A DNA stretch of 38,904 bases, taken from Alphaproteobacteria bacterium. GTDB lineage: Bacteria; Pseudomonadota; Alphaproteobacteria; CALKHQ01. The notes under the pieces were generated by a model. The model saw only the letters and a program-made list of their open reading frames with translations, made no database searches and had not been told where the DNA came from. This document shows positions 1 to 9,197 of this stretch, piece after piece. The stretch is taken from positions 1-38,904 of the forward strand of contig JBHJOG010000137.1 in NCBI GenBank assembly GCA_050329975.1, given 5' to 3'. The translations under genes and the position numbers were made by a program. The number at the start of each line of letters is the position of its first letter. Positions within the stretch are counted from its first letter, which is position 1.

Positions 1-65
1 TTGCCCCCAACCCCCGCCATCGGCTAGCGTGCCGCGCCCCTGACACCCGCGCCAAGGACGCACGT

Positions 66-1577
66 ATGGCCAAGACCGCGATTTCTCCCACCCGGGCCGA
101 GGATTATCCCGGCTGGTACCAGCAGATCATCCGCGCTGCCGACATGGCGGAGAACTCGCCGGTACGCGGGTGCATGGTGATCAAGCCCTGGGGGTACGGG
201 ATCTGGGAGCTGGTAAGCCGCGCGCTCGACGACCGGATCAAGGCGACGGGGCACGACAACTGCTATTTCCCGCTGTTCATCCCGCTGCGCTTCATCGAGA
301 AGGAGGCACAGCACGTCGAGGGCTTCGCCAAAGAGATGGCGGTGGTGACCCACCATCGGCTGGCGATGAAGGACGGCAAGCTCACGCCGGCCGGCGAGCT
401 GGAAGAGCCGCTGATCGTCCGCCCGACCTCGGAGACCATCATCGGCGAGGCCTTCGCCAACTGGATCCAGAGCTATCGCGACCTGCCGGTGCTGATCAAC
501 CAGTGGTGCAACGTGGTCCGCTGGGAGCTGCGGCCGCGGATCTTCCTGCGCACCTCCGAGTTCCTGTGGCAGGAGGGGCATACCGCCCATGCCACTTCGG
601 AGGAAGCGATGGAGGAGACCTTCCGCATGCTGGAGGTCTATCGCGAGGTGGTCGAGGAGGTGATGGCGATCCCGGTCATCCCGGGCGAGAAGTCGGAGGG
701 CGAGCGCTTCCCCGGCGCCGACCGCACCATCACCATCGAGGCAATGATGCAGGACGGCAAGGCGCTGCAGTCCGGCACCTCGCATTTCCTGGGGCAGAAC
801 TTCGCCAAGGCGGCCGACATCAAGTTCCAGACCCGCGAGGGCGGGATGGAGCACGCCTGGACCACCAGCTGGGGCATTTCGACCCGGCTGATCGGGGCGC
901 TGATCATGACCCATGGCGACGACGACGGCTTGCGGCTGCCGCCGAAGATAGCGCCGCGGCAGGTGATGATCGTGCCGATCATACGCTCGCCCGAGCAGGA
1001 GGAAGCGGTGTTCGCCTATGCCGACCGGTTGGCGGCCGAGCTCGCGGCCCAGTCGTTCGACGGGGCGCCGGTCAGGGTCAGGGTCGACAAGCGCGACATG
1101 CCTGCCCAGGACAAGCGCTGGGAATGGATCAAGAAGGGGACTCCCATCGTCGCCGAAGTGGGCCCGCGCGACATCGAAAACGACGGCGTCGCCTATGTCC
1201 GCCGCGACCGCCTGGGCGAGAAGAAGGCGATCCTCGGCCGGGGCGAGTTCGTATCGGGCATCGCGCGGCAGTTCACCGAACTGCACCAGGCGCTGTACGA
1301 CCAGGCGCTGGCGTATCGGACTGCGCGGATGCGGACCGACATCGTCGACTTCGCGGCGTTCAGGGAGTATTTCGGCGGTACGGGCGCGGAGTCCTACGAT
1401 GCCGAACGGGGTTTCGTCCGGGCGAAATGGTGCGGCGAGACGGGTTCGGAAGCGATGCTGGGCGAGCTCGGGGTCTCGATCCGCTGCCTGCCGTTCGACC
1501 AGTCGGGGAGCGCAGGCAAATGCGTGCTGACCGGCAAGCCGGCGACGCTCGATGCCATTTTTGCGAAGGCGTATTGA
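66..1577 (+). CDS. proS: proline--tRNA ligase (class II, archaeal/eukaryotic-type short form)
   Basis: 503-aa ORF. N-terminal PTRAEDYPGWYQQII.AADMAE and class II aaRS motifs (FRxE, GxGxGxxR-like); typical ProRS length without the editing insertion. Confidence 0.9.
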   Translation: MAKTAISPTRAEDYPGWYQQIIRAADMAENSPVRGCMVIKPWGYGIWELVSRALDDRIKATGHDNCYFPLFIPLRFIEKEAQHVEGFAKEMAVVTHHRLAMKDGKLTPAGELEEPLIVRPTSETIIGEAFANWIQSYRDLPVLINQWCNVVRWELRPRIFLRTSEFLWQEGHTAHATSEEAMEETFRMLEVYREVVEEVMAIPVIPGEKSEGERFPGADRTITIEAMMQDGKALQSGTSHFLGQNFAKAADIKFQTREGGMEHAWTTSWGISTRLIGALIMTHGDDDGLRLPPKIAPRQVMIVPIIRSPEQEEAVFAYADRLAAELAAQSFDGAPVRVRVDKRDMPAQDKRWEWIKKGTPIVAEVGPRDIENDGVAYVRRDRLGEKKAILGRGEFVSGIARQFTELHQALYDQALAYRTARMRTDIVDFAAFREYFGGTGAESYDAERGFVRAKWCGETGSEAMLGELGVSIRCLPFDQSGSAGKCVLTGKPATLDAIFAKAY

Positions 1578-1687
1578 GGCTGAATACCGTTCCCGTCATT
1601 GCGAACCATCCCGACGCCGTCGTGGTCCGGCTTGGCGCTACGGCATTCACACATTTACTGATCGCGCACCCATGGGACTCAGGTGAG

Positions 1688-1710
1688 CCCTCCCTCGTGC
1701 CGAGGGAGGG
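1688..1710. terminator. GC-rich hairpin (CCCTCCCTCG-tgc-CGAGGGAGGG) in the proS 3' intergenic region
   Basis: Perfect 10-bp inverted repeat with a 3-nt loop, read directly. No clear U-tract, so terminator function is uncertain. Confidence 0.3.
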
Positions 1711-1902
1711 GACTGTGCGGCATCCGGGATGTGTGAATCTCGTACGGCTTGACCGGACCATCCACGGCGTCGGGCGCAGAGAATCTGGATGGACCCAGTC
1801 GGAGCGGTCGCCTGTCGCGGCAACCTTGACGAAGCCACAGCGCGGCTTCTGGCCCGTGGGTGCTCCGCTCAAGCCGGACCACGACGGTATGGGCAGCGCG
1901 CC

Positions 1903-2439
1903 ATGAGGCAGGCTGACACCCTGCGTCGCCATGCCGACGTACCGGACCGCTGGCTGCTGACGCCGCTGCTGCTGCTGGCGCTGGCCTGCCTGGCACTCGG
2001 GCTCTGGCTGCCGGCGCTGTCGGTGGAGGCGCTGCCCTGGTTCGAGGAGGAGATCTCGATCCTGGACGGGGCGGCGGTGCTGTGGGACGACGAGCAGTAT
2101 TTCCTGTTCGCGGTGATCGTGGTGTTCTCGGTCCTGTTCCCGGCGCTGAAGATCGTGCTCGGGCTGTGGGCTTGGCTGTGGGCAGACCTGGGCGTGCGCT
2201 CGCCGCTGCGGCTGGTGCGGCGGATCGAGCAGCTGGGCAAATGGTCGATGCTCGACGTGTTCGTCATCGCCATAGTGGTGGCCGCGCTCAACATCTCGAT
2301 CATTACCGAGGTCTGGGTGCATCAAGGACTGTACCTGTTCACCGCCGCCGTCGTGCTGTCGATGGCGGTGATGGGCCGGCTGGAACGAATCGCCGTCGAC
2401 CTGGAAGAGCGTTGGCGGGAGCATCGGGAGGGAGTGTAA
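1903..2439 (+). CDS. PqiA-like (paraquat-inducible protein A family) small integral membrane protein
   Basis: Internal ATG of the 1789..2439 ORF. Four hydrophobic segments with PqiA-like LDVFVIAIVVA and W-rich loops. Its stop overlaps the next gene's start (TAATG). Confidence 0.55.
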   Translation: MRQADTLRRHADVPDRWLLTPLLLLALACLALGLWLPALSVEALPWFEEEISILDGAAVLWDDEQYFLFAVIVVFSVLFPALKIVLGLWAWLWADLGVRSPLRLVRRIEQLGKWSMLDVFVIAIVVAALNISIITEVWVHQGLYLFTAAVVLSMAVMGRLERIAVDLEERWREHREGV

Positions 2440-3170
2440 TGGACGAACGGGAAGCGCAAGCGCGCATCGACCTGACCGCTGCGCTGCGCTGGGCAGCGCG
2501 GCTGGGGCTGAACGAGGGGGTGTGCAACCACTTCAGCCTCGCCGTCACCGATGATGGCACCGAGTATCTGATCAACCCGCAGGGCTTCCAGTGGTCGGAG
2601 CTCACCGCCGGCGACCTGATGCGGCTGAACGTCAACGGCACGGTGGTATCGGGCAGGCACAGTGTCGAGCCGACCGCGTTCCACATCCATGGCCGGGTGC
2701 ACTACCGCCTGCCGCATGCGGCAGCGGTGCTGCACACCCACATGCCGAACGCCACCGCGTTGACCGCGATCGAGGGCGGCGAACTGAAGCCGCTCTACAT
2801 CAGCGGCCTGCGCTTCTACGACCGGGTCGCCTATGACGACCATTTCAACGGCGTCGCGCTCAGCGACGAGGAAGGCGACCGGATCGCGCGCTCGCTAGGC
2901 AACAAGCCGGTGTGCATGATGGGCAACCACGGGGTGATGGTGACCGGGCCGGACATGGCCTGGGGATTTGACACCCTCTATTACCTGGAGCGCCACGCCG
3001 CGATCCAGATCAAGGCGATGTCGACCGGCCGGCCGCTGAAATGCGTCCCCGACGACATCGCGGCCCTCTCGGCCCAGCAGATCGAGGGCGAGGATCAGCA
3101 GGCGTATCTGCATTTCGCCTCGATCAAGCGGATCCTCGACCGCGAGGAGCCCGAATACCGCTCGATGTAG
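2439..3170 (+). CDS. class II aldolase/adducin family protein
   Basis: Internal ATG of the 2082..3170 ORF. N-terminus MDEREAQARIDLTAALRWAARLGLNEGVCNHFS, plus HxH and HTHMP motifs typical of the class II aldolase/adducin fold. Confidence 0.7.
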   Translation: MDEREAQARIDLTAALRWAARLGLNEGVCNHFSLAVTDDGTEYLINPQGFQWSELTAGDLMRLNVNGTVVSGRHSVEPTAFHIHGRVHYRLPHAAAVLHTHMPNATALTAIEGGELKPLYISGLRFYDRVAYDDHFNGVALSDEEGDRIARSLGNKPVCMMGNHGVMVTGPDMAWGFDTLYYLERHAAIQIKAMSTGRPLKCVPDDIAALSAQQIEGEDQQAYLHFASIKRILDREEPEYRSM

Positions 3171-3295
3171 CTCGATCCAAACCACAGCCGGCCGCTGGAA
3201 TTTGCCCGGCAGGGCGTGGCGCGCTATGATCGCGCTTGACGCGAAACGGTCCGTCAAGCGGCCGGTCGGGGAGGACTGCGGTGGTCAGGGTGGCG

Positions 3296-3829
3296 ATGAT
3301 GGCCGGCGCGCTGGCCATGCTGCTGATGCCGATCGGGATGGCCGGGGCCGACTTGGACTGCCTCGGCGACTCCGCCTGCCCGGGCCAGCGCACCGAGCTT
3401 GCCACCTACGGCGCCGGCGAGTGGCACGCGGCGACGGTGGCGCACGAGGACGGGCGGCTGAGCTGCGTGATCTACGCCCGCGCGCGCAATGCCGATCCGG
3501 CCCGCGGCCTGTGGATCTTCGTCTACCCGACCCACCTGCGCTTCGCCCCGGATGAAGCCCTGGCGCCGAACGAGTTCATCAACATCATCGCCGGCGACCT
3601 GACCATGCCGATGGCGGTCAACCGCGGCATCGGCTTCGTGCCGCTGACCTTCCCGGTCTTCGCCAGCGCGGTCGGCAACGCGCGCGCCCTGACGCTGCAG
3701 GTGGGCGTCCGCCGCCCGCTCGACGCCCAGGAGTTCCTGACCTGGCCGATGGACGGATTCCGCGACGCCTACCGCCGCATCGCCGAAGAATGCGCCTTCG
3801 ACCCCTCGCATGTGCTGGGGGAGGACTGA
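3296..3829 (+). CDS. hypothetical exported protein (signal peptide, 2 to 4 Cys)
   Basis: ORF 3236..3829. Likely start at the MMAGALAMLLMPIGMAGA signal-like segment. No recognisable catalytic motif. Confidence 0.45.
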   Translation: MMAGALAMLLMPIGMAGADLDCLGDSACPGQRTELATYGAGEWHAATVAHEDGRLSCVIYARARNADPARGLWIFVYPTHLRFAPDEALAPNEFINIIAGDLTMPMAVNRGIGFVPLTFPVFASAVGNARALTLQVGVRRPLDAQEFLTWPMDGFRDAYRRIAEECAFDPSHVLGED

Positions 3830-3831
3830 AT

Positions 3832-4791
3832 TCAGGGGACGACCTCGCGGTCCCGTTCCGCCCTCGGCGAGCGTTCCGGGAACAGGCCTTTGGCGTAGCG
3901 CTGCAGGACTACCTGCAGCAGCAGGCCGACCAGGAAGATGCGGATATAGGCGGCGCGGGTGATCCAGTCGGCGGGAAGGCGGGCAGTCACCAGTTCGGTC
4001 GCCGACCACAGGGTCCAGATCAGCAGCGGTCCGACGATGGCGCCGATGTTGTTGCCGCTGCCGCCGACGATCAGCATCACCCAGACCAGGAAGGTGGTCA
4101 TCATCGGCTCGGTCGCCTCGACGCCGATGAATTTGGTCAGGTGCGCCTGCATCGCGCCGCCCAGCCCCATCAGCATGCCGCCGACGATGAACGCCTCCAG
4201 CCGGAAGCGCAGCACGTTCTTGCCTACCGCCTCGGCGGCGACGTCGTTCTCGCGGATCGCCCGCATCGTCCGCCCCCATGGCGACCGGGAGGCACGCTGG
4301 AGGGCAAGGAACAGCACCAGCACCACGGCCGCGATCAGCGCCAGGTAGGCTGCGTCGGCATAGGGCGGGCCGAGGCTTTCGAAAGGCCGTGGAATGCGCT
4401 GGATGCCGCGCGGGCCGTTGGTCAGCCACAGTTCGTTCTTCAGGATCAGGCGCAGGATCTCGGCAATGCCGATGGTGGCGATGGCCAGGTAGTCGCTGCG
4501 CAGCCGGATGCAAACCACCCCGACGCCCCAGGCCAGCAGTCCGGCCGCCAGCATGGCGCCCAGCCAGCCGAGCGGGAACGGCAGCCCGAAGCCGCCGAGA
4601 TGGCTCGCAGAGTCCGGCGTGGTCAGGATCGCAGAGACATAGGCGCCGATGGCGTAGAAGCCGGCGATCCCGGCGTTGAACAGGCCGGTGAAGCCCCACT
4701 GCACGTTCAAGCCCAGCGCGACGACGGCATAGATGCCGCCGACCGTCAGCAGCGAGATCGCGTAGTTGATGCTTCCGACCCAGGCTTCCAT
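3832..4791 (-). CDS. branched-chain amino acid ABC transporter permease, LivM family (orphan)
   Basis: 319 aa, multi-TM, with LivM-like RENDVAAEAVGKNV and a GGxG-rich C-terminal half. ATG start. No adjacent LivH/G/F/K partners. Confidence 0.75.
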   Translation of the reverse strand: MEAWVGSINYAISLLTVGGIYAVVALGLNVQWGFTGLFNAGIAGFYAIGAYVSAILTTPDSASHLGGFGLPFPLGWLGAMLAAGLLAWGVGVVCIRLRSDYLAIATIGIAEILRLILKNELWLTNGPRGIQRIPRPFESLGPPYADAAYLALIAAVVLVLFLALQRASRSPWGRTMRAIRENDVAAEAVGKNVLRFRLEAFIVGGMLMGLGGAMQAHLTKFIGVEATEPMMTTFLVWVMLIVGGSGNNIGAIVGPLLIWTLWSATELVTARLPADWITRAAYIRIFLVGLLLQVVLQRYAKGLFPERSPRAERDREVVP

Positions 4792-4969
4792 GGTTTCCGC
4801 GCCATCCCCTGCCGCTGTTGTGCCAGCTTTCGCCGCCGGTCGGCAGGGAAATCGACGGTCGATTCGGGTTGCCGGACTGGTTCCGCCCCCTTAGTCTTAG
4901 CCTGCGCCTCCACCGGGCGGCTTCGGTCGCTCCCCTCGGCTTGACGTTCCGCAAACGGCAGGAGTGGAC

Positions 4970-5560
4970 ATGGCACGGTGCAGCAGATTTCTCAGCTTAC
5001 CCTTGGCGCTGCTGTGCGGTATTGCCGCCTCGGGCGCATCCGCAGAGCAGGAGATCGGCGAGCCGCTGAGCTCGGTCTCGCTGGTCGGCGCCTGGATGAC
5101 CGACAACAACTGGAAGGAGATCGCGGTTCTCGACAACGTTGGATTCCGCGATGCCTATCTGGTCGGAGGCATGCTGTCCCACGAGCTGATCGGGAGCGAA
5201 TCCTGGGCGATCGAGGCCGAGGGCCACGTCATCCGTCACTTCGGCAAGAACGATCACTGGGAGTTCAACGCGGTGCTCGTCGGCCGCTGGCGCGCTTTCC
5301 CCTGGGACGAGTGGGTGCCGACCAGCCTGGCGCTCGGGGTCGGCCCGTCGCTGGCGACCGAGGTGCCGAACGAGGAGGCGGCGCGCAGCGGAGACAGTGC
5401 GGAGTTCATGCTCTACTGGATGGCCGAGGTCGAGGCCGGGCCAGCGGACACGCCGTGGAGCGGCTTCGCCCGCCTCCACCACCGCTCCAGCGGCTACGGC
5501 GTCTTCGCCGAGCGCGGCGGCTCGAACTGGCTGATGCTCGGGGCCAGGTACCGGTTCTGA
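4970..5560 (+). CDS. outer-membrane acyloxyacyl hydrolase / lipid A deacylase PagL-like beta-barrel
   Basis: AGGAG RBS 7 nt upstream of the ATG. Signal peptide MARCSRFLSLPLALLCGIAASGASA; C-terminal ...GARYRF (OMP terminal Phe); H-R-S-S-G resembles the PagL HxSNG catalytic motif. Confidence 0.5.
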   Translation: MARCSRFLSLPLALLCGIAASGASAEQEIGEPLSSVSLVGAWMTDNNWKEIAVLDNVGFRDAYLVGGMLSHELIGSESWAIEAEGHVIRHFGKNDHWEFNAVLVGRWRAFPWDEWVPTSLALGVGPSLATEVPNEEAARSGDSAEFMLYWMAEVEAGPADTPWSGFARLHHRSSGYGVFAERGGSNWLMLGARYRF

Positions 5561-5958
5561 ACGCCATCCGCGCCTGATGATGCTGCCGCCCGCGACCGTC
5601 CGGATGGAGACGGCCGGGCGGCGGCGAACGGCTAGGCGCGTGGGGTGCGCGCTCAGCCGGCGGAGTCGCCGATCGAGGTGTCGGTCGGCCGCGAGGGCGG
5701 CGCGGATGACGGCCCGGACGACGGACCCGTCATGGTCCCGGAGGCCGGCTGGGCATGGTCACGACTGCCGCGATAGGACTCGCCGGCCGCTTGACTGCAC
5801 CTTTTCTCGAAGGGGTCTTCCCCGTCCCTCCGGCGTGCGTCGACCGGGGGTGGCATGGCGCAGGAAATGGCGGGGATGCGTTGCCGGAGCGTCCCATCCG
5901 GCAACACCGAGTGTTTCAACCGTCCCGGAGGATGCAGGGCACGCGCCAGTTCAGACGA

Positions 5959-7221
5959 TCACCGACGCCCCGGCTCCCGGCCACTGCCAGATTCGGGCGC
6001 GGCCGCCTCGGGGTTGAGGCGGGCCGCGCCCGGCGTGGCACCCGGGGCGACCGCCACGGCCCTGCCTGGTGCTGCAGCGCGTTCGCTGCCGCGCCAGGCC
6101 CGGAGCAGCGCCGCGGCTGCGGTCAAGCCCTGCACGGCGGCAAGCAGGTAGAACAGTCCGGGCGGCCCGAGTTGGGCGATCGCCAGCGCCCCGAGGATCG
6201 GGCCCAGGATGATGCCGGAACCGAGCACCAGCACCAGTGCGCCGCTGGCGGCGACGATCTGGCCAGGGTGCAGCCGGTCGTTGGTGTGGGCGACACAGAT
6301 TGAATAGATCGGCAGGGTCAAGGCGCCGACCAGTCCGATGCCGGCATAGAGCAGGGTCGGCGACAGCGGACCGGCCAGGGCCAGCCCCAGGCAGAGCGGA
6401 ACCGCAACCCCGCCCGCCCCCAGGATGACCAGCCGGCGGTCGATCCGGTCCGACAGCCGGCCGAGCGGAAACTGCGCCAGCATGCCGCCGACGGTGGCGC
6501 AGCCGACCAGCAGGCCGATCGCGCCCGGCGCAAGTCCGATCGCCTCGCCGTAGAGGGCGAGCGCAATGTAGATCGCGCCCTGAGCCACCCCGTTCAGCAA
6601 GCAGCCCAGCAGCCCCATTGGCGAGATGCGTATCAGCGCGACAATCGAAATCCGCTCCGGCACCGCATAGGGCGGCGCTGTCCCGGCCGAGACCAGGATC
6701 GGCACCAGCGCCAGCGAGATCAACACCGAGACCAGGACGAACAGCAGGATGCCGTCCGGCGGGGCGAGGCTCAGCAACAGCTGGCCGACTGCCGAGCCGC
6801 CGCTCTGGATGACGAAGTAGACCGACAGCAAGCTGCCGCGGGTGTCGTTGGTCGCCCGCCCGTTGAGCCAGCTCTCGGCGACCACGTAGAGGCCGGCGAA
6901 ACAGAAGCCGGAGACGAAGCGCATCGCCGCCCAGCTCCACGGGTCATGGGTGACGAGGTGGATCAGCGAGGCGGTGCTGGCGACAGAGCCGAGGGCGGCG
7001 AACACCCGGATGTGACCGACCTGCGACACCAGCCGTGGCACCACTACGCAGCCGAGCAGGGTCCCCACCGGATAGGCCGCCTGCATCAGCCCGATCGCCG
7101 TCTCGCCGAAGCCAAGTCCGCTGGCACGCAAGGTGAGCACGGTTACCAGCAGCCCGTTGCCGACCATCAGCAGAAGCATGCCGGCCAGCAGGGGCCAGGC
7201 GGATCGGATTACGGCGAGCAT
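5959..7221 (-). CDS. MFS transporter
   Basis: 420 aa with about 12 TM segments; ATG start. Ala/Pro-rich C-terminal tail, so the C-terminus is low confidence. Confidence 0.75.
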   Translation of the reverse strand: MLAVIRSAWPLLAGMLLLMVGNGLLVTVLTLRASGLGFGETAIGLMQAAYPVGTLLGCVVVPRLVSQVGHIRVFAALGSVASTASLIHLVTHDPWSWAAMRFVSGFCFAGLYVVAESWLNGRATNDTRGSLLSVYFVIQSGGSAVGQLLLSLAPPDGILLFVLVSVLISLALVPILVSAGTAPPYAVPERISIVALIRISPMGLLGCLLNGVAQGAIYIALALYGEAIGLAPGAIGLLVGCATVGGMLAQFPLGRLSDRIDRRLVILGAGGVAVPLCLGLALAGPLSPTLLYAGIGLVGALTLPIYSICVAHTNDRLHPGQIVAASGALVLVLGSGIILGPILGALAIAQLGPPGLFYLLAAVQGLTAAAALLRAWRGSERAAAPGRAVAVAPGATPGAARLNPEAAAPESGSGREPGRR

Positions 7222-7317
7222 GGGTGCATCGTCACGGGTGCCAGATCGGTCAAGCTATCGCGGAGAGGCGCCGGCGTATACGGCGGCGCGGCCGCGGTCG
7301 ACGATGCGCCGGGACGC

Positions 7318-8034
7318 TCAGATCTTCGGCAATCCAAGCAGACGATCGTGCCGGATCAGGCGATGAACGATGCAGACCAGTGTCTCGTGTCCGCCCGCGA
7401 GGTGATGTGCCGACAGAGTTTCGCGGCGACCTTGGGCGTCGCCCAGGACGATCGCCTCGACCTGCCTGAGACGGATCGGGGTGAACCACATGCGGCCGAC
7501 CCCCACCTCAAGCAGCGTCAGCGAATGCCAGGGCCCGGCCAGCGCCGTCTCGGCATCCCGCGAGACCATCAGCCCATCTACCGTCGCGCGCAGGGCAAGT
7601 GCCGGATCAGGGAGGCTGCCGACCCTCTTGCGGTACTCCCGCAGGCCGATGGGCAGAAAGAACAGCGCCGCGGTCCAGACGGCAAGGTGAACCAAGCCAC
7701 AGGCCCGGATGATCGACGGCCAGTCCGCGTCCAAGGTTCCCCGAAAGGCGGCGCCGGCGATGGCCGCCGCCCACAGGACCAGAGGCACGCCGAGCAGAAG
7801 CGCGGCATAGGGTCCCCCCCAACGCCACCAGAACCGGCGTTCGCAGGCCTCCCGTGACAGGGTGCGGTCGTTCAGCGGCCCGCCGCCCAGGGTGCCCATC
7901 GTGGCAAAGGACGGGCGCACCAGATGCACCAGCGCCTCGCGCGTCGGGCTGTCCCGCGCCACCGTCGCAGCCCCGTCGGCCGCATGCAGCAGGTCGTTGA
8001 CGCTGCTGGGCTGCATGATCTCGTTCATCTCCAT
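7318..8034 (-). CDS. hypothetical membrane protein (2 TM plus C-terminal soluble domain)
   Basis: ORF 7318..8067. First ATG gives MEMNEIMQ; the track start is TTG. Two hydrophobic helices. No family assignable. Confidence 0.4.
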   Translation of the reverse strand: MEMNEIMQPSSVNDLLHAADGAATVARDSPTREALVHLVRPSFATMGTLGGGPLNDRTLSREACERRFWWRWGGPYAALLLGVPLVLWAAAIAGAAFRGTLDADWPSIIRACGLVHLAVWTAALFFLPIGLREYRKRVGSLPDPALALRATVDGLMVSRDAETALAGPWHSLTLLEVGVGRMWFTPIRLRQVEAIVLGDAQGRRETLSAHHLAGGHETLVCIVHRLIRHDRLLGLPKI

Positions 8035-8051
8035 TGCCCGGAGGCACCCTA

Positions 8052-8099
8052 GATCAAGCTGCCTCAAGCCGGAATCGGTTTGAGGCAGATAACTTGATC
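8052..8099. repeat. nested imperfect palindrome GATCAAG-CTGCCTCAA-(12 nt)-TTGAGGCAG-ataa-CTTGATC
   Basis: A 9-bp inner and a 7-bp outer inverted repeat read directly. It lies between the 3' end of the DUF488 gene and the start of the downstream minus-strand gene. Confidence 0.5.
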
Positions 8100-8182
8100 G
8101 GCATCAACGAGTTAGAGCAACTGGTCCGCGTCCGGATGGACGCGGGTTGCTTTAGCCTGGGACCGCGTGAAGCGACCGGCCG

Positions 8183-8659
8183 TCAGCCGGGAGGACCCTG
8201 GGCCCTGGACGGCTCGGCCTCGGCAACCAGGTGGACGATCTCGATATCCGACAGGTCCGCCATCGCGTCGGCGACAATCGAGCGGTGACAGCGGGCGGGG
8301 TCGCGCTCGAAGCAGAGCAGGCAGCACCTGCGTTCCCCCGCTATGGCCGCGGCCTGCGCCAGAGCGGCCTGCGCTTCCTCTCCGGCCAAATGTTCGCGGA
8401 AGATGCGCTCGAAGGTCTCGAGGTCGCCCTTGTGGGCAGCGACGCGGCCGGGCTTCGGCGTGCCGAGCGGCCGGAGGTGCAGATAGTCGACGCCGGCCTC
8501 GGCCAGCGCGGCGGCTAGCGCGCCCTTGGAGAATCCCGCCTTCCGCGACCGCGGCGCCTCGCGCACGTCGATGACCCGCTCGACGCCCGCCGCGGTGAGC
8601 GCGGAGATGCACTGGTCGAGCGAGGCGGCTTCATAGCCGATGGTGAACAGCGTGGCCAT
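8183..8659 (-). CDS. DUF488 family protein
   Basis: Internal ATG gives MATLFTIGYEAASLDQ (DUF488 N-terminal signature) and a C-terminal CLLCFERDPARCHR motif. Confidence 0.65.
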   Translation of the reverse strand: MATLFTIGYEAASLDQCISALTAAGVERVIDVREAPRSRKAGFSKGALAAALAEAGVDYLHLRPLGTPKPGRVAAHKGDLETFERIFREHLAGEEAQAALAQAAAIAGERRCCLLCFERDPARCHRSIVADAMADLSDIEIVHLVAEAEPSRAQGPPG

Positions 8660-8778
8660 TCCGGATCCCTTCCCGATAATGCCGCTATCTGGCCGCATTT
8701 CCAACGCGGCGGCGAGATAGTCTCTTCTCCACACAGTCGCGTATCGCCAAAGACCGGCCGCGCGGGAGGAATTGAACG

Positions 8779-9180
8779 ATGCGGGTCTCAATCCTAGGCA
8801 TGGTCGTGGCGGTTTCCGGCATGGCGGCAGGACTGAACGGCGCTGGAGCGGCCGATCTCTCGCACCTGCGGGCGATGGCCGGACAGTACACCGACGAGAT
8901 CCTGGCAGATCCCGTGCTTGCCTCCGAGCTTCGCCAGAACCTCGGGGCCGGCTACGACGCCTTCGTCGAGGCGATGCAGGTGGTCTTTCCCAGCGAACTC
9001 ATCGATGACCGCTTCCTGGTCATGTCCGGGTGCATGGCCCATGATTGCGCTGCCCATCGCGGGCTGGTCCTGCTCGATCTTGAAGGTGGCGGCGTGCAGG
9101 TGGTGCGCAGCAACCTGTTCGGCGCCTTCATCCCGCTCACCCCTGCCGCCGAGGCGGCCATCGACGCCTGGGTACACTGA
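8779..9180 (+). CDS. Ivy-family (inhibitor of vertebrate lysozyme)-like periplasmic protein
   Basis: GGGAGGA RBS and ATG. Signal peptide MRVSILGMVVAVSGMAAG. VMSGCMAHDCAAHRGLVL aligns with the Ivy active loop VMSACKPHDCGSQRIAVM (C-x-x-H-D-C). 133 aa, typical Ivy size. Confidence 0.5.
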   Translation: MRVSILGMVVAVSGMAAGLNGAGAADLSHLRAMAGQYTDEILADPVLASELRQNLGAGYDAFVEAMQVVFPSELIDDRFLVMSGCMAHDCAAHRGLVLLDLEGGGVQVVRSNLFGAFIPLTPAAEAAIDAWVH

Positions 9181-9197
9181 GCCTCAGAGCCTGCACA

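Noticed and set aside
24-1286. 420-aa ORF antisense to proS
   Set aside because: It lies entirely inside and opposite a gene with strong homology signals. Its composition is Arg/Ala/Gly/Pro-rich, typical of spurious antisense ORFs in 68% GC DNA.
3254-4954. 566-aa ORF on the minus strand spanning the exported-protein and LivM genes
   Set aside because: It is out of frame relative to the recognisable LivM permease on the same strand, and its translation is low-complexity Arg/Gly/Pro. It is a GC artefact.
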